Assembly: GCF_002113885.1 (NCBI RefSeq)
Contig: NW_018408633.1
Location: forward strand, 71,249 to 135,248
From: Mizuhopecten yessoensis
Lineage: Eukaryota
Reading direction: 5' to 3'
Length of the DNA stretch: 64,000 nt
In this document: in pieces, positions 29,165 through 40,500 of the stretch
Position numbering within the stretch: position 1 is the stretch's first letter
How the letters are laid out: every line of letters starts with the position of its first letter
The notes under the pieces: model-generated
Told to the model about the DNA's origin: nothing
The model's input: only the letters and a program-made list of their open reading frames with translations
The model's database searches: none
Made by a program: the position numbers and the translations under genes

Positions 29165-30480
29165 AGATATATCGGTCAATAGGCATGTTACATTAAGTAC
29201 ACCAGTCAATAGGCATGGTTACACTCTGTACATCGGTCAACAGACCTTGTTACAGTGTGTACATCGGTCAACAGACCTGGTTACAGTGTGTACATCGGTC
29301 AACAGACCTTGTTACAGTGTGTGCATCGGTCAACAGACCTTGTTACAGTATGTACATCGGTCAACAGACCTGGTTACAGTGTGTACATCGGTTAACAGAC
29401 CTTGTTACAGTGTGTACATCGGTCAACAGACCTGGTTACAGTGTGTACATCGGTCAACAGACATTGTTACAGTGTGTGCATCGGTCAACAGACCTGGTTA
29501 CAGTGTGTACATCGGTCAACAGACCTTGTTACAGTGTGTACATCGATCAACAGACCTTGTTACAGTGTGTATATCGGTCAACAGACCTTGTTACAGTGTG
29601 TGCATCGGTCAACAGACCTTGTTACAGTATGTACATCGGCCAACAGACCTGGCTAAAGTGTGTACATCGGTCAACAGACCTTGTTACAGTATGTACATCG
29701 GTCAACAGACCTGGTCACAGTGTGTACATCGGTTAACAGACCTTGTTACAGTGTGTACATCGATCAACAGACCTTGTTACAGTGTGTATATCGGTCAACA
29801 GACCTTGTTACAGTGTGTGCATCGGTCAACAGACCTTGTTACAGTGTGTACATCGGTCAATAAGCATGTTACAGTATGTACATCGGCCAACAGACCTGGT
29901 TAAAGAGTGTACATCGGTCAACAGACCTTGTTACAGAGTGTACATCGGTCAACAGACCTTGTTACAGTATGTACATCGGCCAACAGACCTGGCTAAAGTG
30001 TGTACATCGGTCAACAGACCTTGTTACAGTGTGTGCATCGGTCAACAGACCTTGTTACAGTGTGTACATCTGTCAATAGGCATGTTACAGTGTGTACATC
30101 GGTCAACATACCTTGTTACAGTGGGTACATCGGTTAACAGACCTTGTTACAGTGTGTACATCGGTCAATAAGCATGTTACAGTATGTACATCGGCCAACA
30201 GACCTGGTTAAAGTGTGTACATCGGTCAACAGACCTTGTTACAGTGTGTACGTCGGTCAACAGACCTTGTTACTGAGTGTACATCGGTCAACAGACCTTG
30301 TTACAGAGTGTACATCGGTCAACAGACCTTGTTACAGAGTGTACATCGGTCAACAGACCTTGTTACAGTGTGTACATCGGTCAATAAGCATGTTACAGTA
30401 TGTACATCGGCCAACAGACCTTGTTACAGTGTGTACATCGGTTAACATACCTTGTTACAAATTGATCGGTTAACAGACAT
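29165..30480. repeat. 31-bp minisatellite, ~42 copies, in intron 1 of the EF-hand gene
   Basis: Unit acatcggtcaacagaccttgttacagtgtgt; period 31. Confidence 0.95.
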
Positions 30481-33144
30481 TCGTTACATGCACTTTCATG
30501 TACAGTCTGTACCATATTCTCTGGAGACCAAGTTTCATTACATTGTTTATTAGCTTCGTGGTATTTAATTACATTTCACAAGTAGGATCATATCTTATTT
30601 GACGATAGTATTTCTGATAATTTAAACACGATACTTCTAAAGTAACAGTGCTTGGAGCAACGTCGTCGGCAATAAAAGGACAATCTTAAAGCTAATTATC
30701 ATTTGCTATTACATTTGTATACTATATATATATATATATATAAAATACTTTCACGATTATTTACCGACATTTTGTATCGGATCAGTTAAATAAAATTAAT
30801 ATGGAACACATCAAAGAAGGCATGTATCTAAGAAAGGTGGGAATGGTAGTAAAATACGACCATCACGTTAGGTGTGTTGGTGCAGTTCTGTGCACGTAAA
30901 AGACCGATGATTCAGCAATATACCTGTTATTTTGGATACACAATTTTGGAGAATGTGCCATAAGTAACAAACAGTTTGGCGGTGTTTCAAAGTCTTCAGG
31001 TGAGTGCGTTTGATTTTTGATATCGGTTACCGATCAGGGTGCGTATATATATGCGCGCACAATGAATAGCAAAACGGCCAGTTGTAGAATGAGAACCGGA
31101 TTGGCAGGTAATGCGCTTTTTATACCCAGCGAGACACATACTCGCTTCCAAGCAAGGACAAACTAAAATGTCGGCACTTCCTTGGAAACTATAGTCGGAA
31201 GAGACGGGGAAGATTTCAAAACCAGATTTTTAAATTTATTTTTTAATCTCAATTGAAAGCTTTTTAACTTGCACTGTCAGCTTTAAGTGGCATGGATTTA
31301 AAGATATTTGAATTATTAATTTGATTATTCATTTATATATTTAATGGTATCTATCGCCTATACGTTTAAACTGACATGGACTGTACAAATCCTGATTACT
31401 TTTATTCTGAGATCGTGTGCTGAGGATTTATATTTATTTTAAACTTCGGTTATTAGTTTTAACTTTATTTATTGCCATTATATTGTAGTAATGCAAATAA
31501 CATACATAATACAAGGATTGGAAAGCTTTTTCGGTTACAGTGTATGTACACTGTACATATAATGGTCCACCCTTTATAATGTATATGGTACATTATGTTC
31601 TCGGCCGTAGTAGAGACATTTCCAAAGCATTCTAAGTAAGTAATCTGTTAGGGTTACTGACTTAAGTGAAATATGCATATTGGAAAATCCAGATATACAT
31701 GTAAGTTGGCACTTTCAAACATATGCCACTATACGCCTCAATACAATGACCCAGTGAGTTCATAAGTTCAAAAGTTTATTGGCCTTTAGCCTTTCGGCTA
31801 ATCAGCATAAACATTACAGCACATTTTACAAAATTGAATGAGTGATACACAGCAATACAGACATATTATGGAGGATGGACAACATACTTGTAATTATTCA
31901 TTTGATCTCAGTTGTGAAGCAGCAATTAAAAATTTGGAAAGATTATTCAATTTCTTCTTATTTTTGACAGAAAGTAAGTTAATGAATTTAAACATAGACG
32001 GTCTAATTCTGTAATATCTATCAATGTATTGTGTTCTTACTTGGACAAACAAGAATAAAATGCAATATGACTATATTACTGTTTTACACAGTGTATATAT
32101 ATGTATATTACACAGAGGTATACATAGTGCCCGTGTTAATAGATCAGGCGACGGCTTACCTAATTGACAGTATATATACATACATAAATGTACATAAATA
32201 CCTCACATGGCTACCGAGCAAGCCTTTAATACGCGTCACGTTCTGTTTAAAATTCCATTATTTAATAAGTGGTTCTCACTGATCAGGGAACACAATGCGC
32301 CTTGCTGGTTTACATACTGTGTCTGGACATGTACACGGCGACATAATTACCTGTCTTCATATGTAAATATAAAGTCTATTATATCGTATAGTATAAATAT
32401 GTAATCAGTAGAGGTATGACAGGTCCTAATTGAAGCACCGTTCAATATCGGACGTGGAGTAGGAAACGTCATCCACGGCTCAGGCCAAGGGGGTATTTCT
32501 TACCACATAAAAACATTCCTGGACACAACTGTAGAATCAAGCTAACCAGTCTACGTATCAGCAAGTTTTTCAAGCTGTGAAGTTATTTATGTTCGTGTTA
32601 ATCAGTAGACTATTTCAATTAGACTGTTCAGGGTTTGACTTTAACATTATTTTTCTAATAATTAACGACCTAGTTTGTACTCAAATGTACATGTATATTG
32701 CCGTTGATAATCCTCGTCCGTGTCTCAATCTTGCTAAGGCCAACATCCACTCCCCTCCATTTATTTTCGTCTACACTACTGTACATTGTACCGACGTGGC
32801 CCATCTCTCTACTCCCAAGCCCGACCCCACCCCTACATATTCCCACCCCTACATATCCCCACCCTCACTGGTCCCACCCCGACCCCTCCTTATTTTTTAA
32901 ATCCACTAGTCCCAGCCCGTCCTTCCCGCTCTCATCTGCCTCCTACCCTCCTCAATGTCCCCGGCCTCTGTGGCCAGCTACACCACTACTTCTCCTCCTA
33001 CACTAGAACACCTGTATATGACCAAACACAATGTATATTGTTATTGATAACTTGTCACCTTCCATATCTTAAATATGTCCAGTTCCTCTCGTTTCCCTCG
33101 TCAGCATTCACAAACAATCCGGCATATATACAGTATATACTTAC

Positions 33145-33519
33145 GGCAACTTGGAAAGATGTCCCCTTAAATCCAACCTTGACCACTGCGTCTCTGAACT
33201 GGTGGACAGTTATCTGACCAATACCGGACGTGTCAGCTTCCTTAAAGAAATTTAAATAGGATTGTCTGAGTTTAGGAGAGACTGGATTGGAAGTGTCTAC
33301 GTCTGCCCGCTGTGTATCCTTTAGACGTGTTCCTACGTCTTCTGTTCTAACTGGGTCCATATCTTCAGTTGACTGTTTTAATTTCTTTTCCGAGTCCATG
33401 ACTACATCAGGAGGTTGAGCACTGTCTTGCCCGGGGGTTATGTTCTCCTCCCCCGGGGGTTTACGGGTACTCCCTATTGATATTTGGCATGTGTATCTCT
33501 GCTGACGTGAAGTCGGCAT
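33145..33519 (-). CDS. Calmodulin-like EF-hand protein, exon 1 (long N-terminal extension plus EF1); spliced product 227 aa
   Basis: ATG at 33519; 125 codons ending ...LRQSYLNFFKEADTSGIGQITVHQFRDAVVKVGFKGTSFQVA, then donor gtaagt at 33144. Confidence 0.88.
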
Positions 33520-34214
33520 GTTACGTCCCCGAATAAGTGAAATAATTAGCGTCTACCCAAACCGGTAGTAACAAACACAGGTAGCCTGGCCATGGGTAGA
33601 TATCTGTATAACAACATCACACAATTAAATACCCACCGAGTTCCAGCGGAGCTTACACCAGGAAAAGACATTACTTTAAATTCCCCAAGGATAATACTAC
33701 GCTAGGTCCGGATCTATACAACACGCGAGGACCATTCAAACAAGGACAAAGAAACCTTATCGATTTCACATATAATGTAAAGGTGTTGACTCAAAAAATT
33801 AGTAGTCTCGTTATTTACATTTCTATTTAGTTAAGTTGTCATCGGCGGCTATTTAACTATTTCCATATATGTTTATTATTGGCATACACGTACATCTAGT
33901 TATTCAAATACTTTCATTGTATCCTTGTGAAAAAAATGCTAAATAAATTCAATACATATTTAGTTACGAATACACGTGTACTCTGTATGCATTAAGATAC
34001 ATGTTAAATAGCATACGTTTAAAATATAAACATAATGTAATCATTATATATCAGTAAATATTTGAGCTTGTCATCACTTAGTAAGACACTATTAGGTTAT
34101 AACAATGCAGGACAGATCTCGTCAGTTTTGGGCGAATTTCGTTTTAAGGTAAACGGTACCACACGTACAGCATCATTTATAATTGCGAGAAAAGCTCCAC
34201 TCAGAAAGAACTTG

Positions 34215-34720
34215 GGGCGTTATGGGTCATTTTTGGCCTCATAAAAAGTAAAAAAATCAAATTGAATCTATTTACCAATTCCCGTTCTAAAAATCAAAAT
34301 TGCGTTGCTATGCATAAGTAGCCAAAATAGGGTGTTTTGGACAGTTGGCATGCAGAAATGAAAGACTCCGCATGTGACAAACAAAAAATCCTTTTTACGA
34401 ATGAACTATGGTATGAGAATGTTTAAGCATTTCAAATATTTATTTGCTTGTTGCATGCAGAGGCTTTCAAAAATTAAAGAGTGTTTAGTTAAATTCCTTC
34501 AAAATGGCCAAGTTTCCACCAAATACCGCAAAACGGACGATGTTCACGCTTTTTATTACGAAAATGCGGTGTTTTGTCTCTCTTTGTAATGTCATATCTC
34601 CAAAACCAGTTTGTCGAATGAATTTAAAATTTCATGTTTGCGTACTTCATTTATTCCAGATTACGAATATATGTACTAATTCAAAAGCCCTGATGAGGCC
34701 AGAAAGGACCCTTAACGCCC
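34215..34720. mobile_element. MITE with 28-bp TIRs (GGG...CCC termini, possibly PIF/Harbinger-like) between the divergent genes
   Basis: gggcgttatgggtcatttttggcctcat versus right-end reverse complement gggcgttaagggtcctttctggcctcat. Confidence 0.65.
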
Positions 34721-35719
34721 TTAGTCCTTTTTGATTTGGAGTAATCAACCAAAAGGAGTTATCTACCTTAGAGTAACTTCTCCTTTCAAGCTTTTCATGG
34801 GCTATGAACAGATCCAGATGGCGAGTGGTAGCAGACTATCAGACGCCTTAACCATTTGACCACCGCGCGCCGCCATACACATTTAGAATATAGATCTCAA
34901 TAAAAATACAATATAAGGAATCGCCTATTTAAACATTTAAACATTCAATGCAGAAAACTTTACAAAGTAAACATATTGAACCCTATCATATATTTGTCAT
35001 TTGAATAGTAGTAAAGATCAAAAGAATGATAATCTATCTTCTGAAACATACTTTCCACATTTTATCAAATTACGTTTAAAATTTCCCGTCATTCATTATT
35101 ACACGAGATACGCCACAAGCGTTTAGCATTGCTTACTATGCTCATAACTATTAACCGGGTTTTGAAAAAAGAAAATACGACTACACTGTCTGTTTAAAAG
35201 CTCAATTACATCTCGTAAATTACAAATATGGATAGGCAATGTAAGTTTTAAAGTATAGAGTTTTTATTAGAGTTATTCTATTCGGAAACGAATTTAAATT
35301 GTGTTATCTAGAAAACAAAATGTATGAGAAAAAACAGGTGTTGAGTATAGAGTTCAAAGATACGGGTTGGAAGATCTTCTTATTGGAATTGGCAGACATT
35401 AGCAAAATCTGAAGTACACATTGTGAAAAATTACATGTAAAATCCATATACATATTAGATATAAGTTGTGTACATATACACATTTATAATAAAACCTGTT
35501 AAATTAGTAAACATATCACATATATATTGTAAGATTTGTACATGTATATTTACAACTCGTATACATATTATAGATATTAGATGTGTCGGCCGCTCTAGGC
35601 TTGGTTTGGTTTTCATTGTTTAACATCCTAATAACAGCTGAGGTCATGTAAATACGACTGCTGTTGATCATTGTAGAACAATGCCTTACTGAACAAGGTC
35701 ACCCGATAGCAGATTTCAA

Positions 35720-35762
35720 CCAATCGTTATGATGCGATAATGCCAGCTAATAATTATAAATA
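35720..35762 (+). promoter_or_regulatory. Putative core promoter (CCAAT and TATA box) of the repeat/HExxH gene
   Basis: CCAAT at 35720-35724 and TATAAATA at 35755-35762, about 40 nt upstream of the signal-peptide ATG at 35796. Confidence 0.5.
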
Positions 35763-35795
35763 AGTAGGTTTTTGAATGACCACAAACACTCCAGG

Positions 35796-35859
35796 ATGGC
35801 TAGAATTATTGTAATAATCATTATCCTGACAACTTATCTCTCATGCGTCCAATCTCAAG
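35796..35859 (+). CDS. Exon 1 of the repeat/aKG-HExxH gene: secretory signal peptide
   Basis: MARIIVIIIILTTYLSCVQSQ-G|gtaagt: basic N-terminus, hydrophobic core, V-Q-S cleavage motif. The phase-1 donor joins in frame to the acceptor at 37513. Confidence 0.85.
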
Positions 35860-37513
35860 GTAAGTGTACAGTTTGTAGTAATTTAACCTGTTATCACCGT
35901 AATTGTGTTGTAGCAAACGCAACACTAATGTTTTTAAGGCAGTATGCGAATGACAAAAACAAAACAAAACCGATTGAAGACATTTATATCAAATATTTTT
36001 AGCATGTATATTTTAAAGCAAATGTATTTTTGATAAGCGTAAATGAAGAAGTGTCTAAGATTCAAATCGTGTTTTAATAATTTTTGTAATAAGCATTGTC
36101 ATTTAGTTACATGTAGATCGCTCTGTCGCATTGTTATACCAAACTTTCCAATTATATTACGTTGTCTTTATGCATAGCTTCTTGTCTACATAACACTAGC
36201 CGATTTGTTTCTTTGGTAGATAACACTGTCACTTGGGACGAGCTTCGGTTAGTAATTCGGGAAAAAGAACTACAACGAATTGATTACAATTTCAAATATT
36301 TATTAACAATTATATAAAATCCTAAATATTTAGGGCGCACTCACTCACTTTCTCACTCTAGTCTATCCATTATATAGTACATAAGTCTGTAGCACACATC
36401 CACTAAACTGGCCTCCAGTGAACAATTTCACAAAAAATCCTACGATAAATTTTACTCGTAAGAGAAATTTTTGTTCCGTTTCACAAAAAATTATCGTAAC
36501 TTTACGATAGCTTTACCCCTCTCTTAAGTGGTAATTTGTATCGTAAATGTAAATAAATCTAAAGATTTTAATCGTAATTTCAAATAAACAAGGCTGCTAC
36601 GATTGGTTTGAAAACGAATTAAAGAGCGATGTATCGTGAAAAGGTTTTTCGAGACAGATTTAACCACTGCACCTAAGCCATGCCCTATTTCTAACAAAAC
36701 CATATAGATGTTCCATAAGGGGCCGTGTTAGTTTTAAGCACACAACGACAATTTGAATTGCATTTTTAATAGATGAATAGTAAGTATGTTTGGTTTGACC
36801 GTCCTTGATGTTTAAATCTGATCAGTATGTTGCGAAAATCACACACGAACTATTCCTCAATCAGGAAATCTCAGTATCATATACTTAGTACACGTACTTA
36901 AAACTTACACAGCATATAGCCTCACGTTAGTAGGCCTACAGGCAAATTCGTCATATGTGCTAATCATAATATGTATGAGTAAAAAAATAGCATGTGTTAC
37001 AAAATAATTCATGTGGTACAATGTAGTAACAGCGTAGACTACGTACTTATTAATACAGCATGTCTATTCTTTCCCCGCACGTGAACAGACAACGTATTAT
37101 GTAAGGTAAAACATTGAATAAAACACGTGAATCCGTTACGACGTAAGACTTATTTCTGTATACTAAGCACTTTGAGAAGTTGAGAATAATACGTATTTGA
37201 ACAAGACATAGTTCGTGACAGTTTTACCTTAAAAACATTTCATGCACACATGGGTGAGAGCCGAGAGGGCGCCGCTTGTCTATAAAATTCGTGACTTCGG
37301 TTAAGTTCTGTATTTTCAATTTCGTATAGAAAAAACTGAAATACTTAGTTTTGAGTATTGTCCAGGCACAAGTAATAACTGTATCAACGTAATCTCTGTG
37401 AAATATTTGCTGCCTTTTCCGAAATCGTAACGATGCTGTCTGTAAAATCTCCAAACGAAAGTTATATCCATCTCGGGGTACTAATATGTTATCATTTATT
37501 TGTTATTTTTCAG

Positions 37514-40500
37514 GTAGTTTCAAAAACGTTCAGAGGTTAAGTAAACTTATCAAAGTTGCAAGAAGCTACATAGGAGTAAACTGGCCCAGTAATGATCTGC
37601 ATGTAAAAGTGAGTAACTTGCAAACGCATGACACCTTTGGAGCTGATTTAACTAACAACTTAAATGCTGAAGCAAACAGTTTGCAGACTCGGGACGCAGA
37701 TGATGCTGATTTTAGTGAAGATCCGAAGGTTAGAGTAACCAGGTTGCAGACTCGGGATGCAGATGATGCTGATTTCAGTGAAGATCCAAAGGTCAGAGTA
37801 ACCAGGTTGCAGTCTCGGGACGCTGATGATGCTGATTTCAGTGAAGATCCGAAGGTTAAAGTTACCAGGTTGCAGACTCGGGATGCAGATGATGCTGATT
37901 TCAGTGAAGATCCTAAGGTTAGAGTAACCAGGTTGCAGACTCGGGACACTGATGATGCTGATTTCAGTGAAAATCCGAAGGTTAAAGTTACCAGGTTGCA
38001 GACTCGGGACGCAGATGATGCTGATTTTAGCGAAGATCCGAAGGTTAGAGGAACCAGGTTGCAGACTCGGGACGCTGATGATGCTGATTTCAGTGAATAT
38101 CCTAAGGTTAGAGTAACCAGGTTGCAGACTCGGGACACTGATGATGTTGCAGACTCGGGATGCAGATGATGCTGATTTTAGCGAAGATCCGAAGGTTAGA
38201 GTAACCAGGTTGCAGACTCGGGAGGCAGTTGCTGCTGATTTCAGTAAAGATCCGAAGGTTAGAGTAACCAGGTAGATGATGCTGATTTTAGCGAAGATCC
38301 GAAGGTTAGAGGAACCAGGTTGCAGACTCGGGACGCTGATGATGCTGATTTCAGTGAAGATCCTAAGGTTAGAGTAACCAGGTTGCAGACTCGGGACACT
38401 GATGATGCTGATTTCAGTGAAAATCCGAAGGTTAGAGTAACCAGGTTGCAGACTCGGGAGGCAGATGCTGCTGATTTCAGTAAAGATCCGAAGGTTAGAG
38501 TAACCAGGTAGATGATGCTGATTTTAGCGAAGATCCGAAGGTTAGAGTAACCAGGTTGCAGACTCGGGACACTGATGATGCTGATTTCAGTGAAAATCCG
38601 AAGGTTACAGTAACCAGGTTGCAGTCTCGGGACGCTGATGATGCTGATTTCAGTGAATATCCTGAGGTTAGAGTAACCAGGTTGCAGACTCGGGACGCTG
38701 ATGATGCTGATTTCAGTGAAAATCCGAAGGTTAGAGGAACCAGGTTGCAGACTCGGGACGCTGATGATGCTGATTTCAGTGAAAATCCGAAGGTTAGAGT
38801 ACCAGGTTGCAGACTCGGGACGCAGATGATGCTGATTTCAGTGAAGATAAGAAGGTTAGAGTAACTAGGATGCAGACCCGGGAGGCAAATGATGCTGATT
38901 TTAGCGAAGATATGATGATGATTTCAGTGAAGATCCTAAGGTTAGGGTAACCAGGTTGCAGACTCGGGTTGCAGATGATGCTGATTTCAGTGAAGATCCT
39001 AAGGTTAGGGTAACCAGGTTGCAGACTCGGGTTGCAGATGATGCTGATTTCAGTGAAAATCCGAAGGTTAGAGTAACCAGGTTGCAGACTCGGGACGCAG
39101 ATGATGCTGATTTCAGTGAAAATCCGAAGGTTAGAGTACCAGGTTGCAGACTCGGGACGCAGATGATGCTGATTTTAGCGAAGATCCGAAGGTTAGAGTA
39201 ACCAGGTTGCAGACTCGGGATGCCGATGATGCTGATTTCAGTGAAAATCCGAAGGTTAGAGTAACTAGGTTGCAGACTCGGGAGGCAGATGATTCTGATT
39301 TCAGTGAAGAACCGAACGTTAGAGTAACCAGGTTGCAGACTCGGGACGCAGATGCTGCTGATTTCAGTGAAGATCCGATGGTTAGAGTAACCAGGTTGCA
39401 GACTCGGGACGCAGATGATGCTGATTTCAGTGAAGATCCGAACGTTCGAGTCACCAGGTTGCAGACTCGGGACGCAGATGATGATGCTGATTTCAGTGAA
39501 GATCCGAACGTTAGAGTAACCAGGTTGCAGACTCGGGACACTGATGATGCTGATTTCAGTGAAGATCCTAAGGTTAGAGTAACCAGGTTGCAGACTCGGA
39601 ACGCTGATGATGCTGATTTCAGTGAAGATCCGAAGGTTAGAGTGACCAGGTTGCAGACCCGGGAGGCAGATGATGCTGATTTTAGCGAAGATCCGTATGT
39701 TAGAGTAACCAGGTCGCAGACTCGGGACGCAAATGATGCTGATTTTAGCGAAGATCCGTATGTTAGAGTAACCAGGTCGCAGACTCGGGACGCAAATGAT
39801 GCTGATTTCAGTGTAGATCCTAAGGTTAGAGTAACCAGGTTGCAGACTCGGGACGCAGATGAAGCTGATTTCAGTGAAGATCCGAAGGTAAGAGTAACCA
39901 GGTTGCAGACTCGGGATGCGGATGATGCTGATTTCAGTGAAGATCCTAAGGTTAGAGTAACCAGGTTGCAGACTCGGGACACTGATGATGCTGATTTCAG
40001 TGAAAATCCGAAGGTTAGAGTAACCAGGTTGCAGACTCGGGAGGCAGATGCTGCTGATTTCAGTAAAGATCCGAAGGTTAGAGTAACCAGGTTGGTAACC
40101 AGGTTGCAGTCTCGGGACGCTGATGATGCTGATTTCAGTGAAGATCCTAAGGTTAGAGTAACCAGGTTGCAGACTCGGGACACTGATGATGCTGATTTCA
40201 GTGAAAATCCGAAGGTTAGAGTAACCAGGTTGCAGACTCGGGATGCCGATGATGCTATTTTCAGTGAAGATCCGAAGGTTAGAGTAACCAGGTTGCAGAC
40301 TCGGGAGGCAGATGCTGCTGATTTCAGTAAAGATCCGAAGGTTAGAGTAACCAGGTTGCAGTTTCGGGACGCAGATGATGCTGATTTCAGTGAAGATCCG
40401 AACGTTCGAGTCACCAGGTTGCAGACTCGGGACGCAGATGATGCTGATTTCATTGAAGATCCGAACGTTGGAGTAACCAGGTTGCAGACTCGGGACACTG

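Noticed and set aside
29215-30473. Several overlapping Cys/Val-rich ORFs
   Set aside because: Translations of a 31-bp minisatellite in all three frames, inside an intron of an opposite-strand gene.
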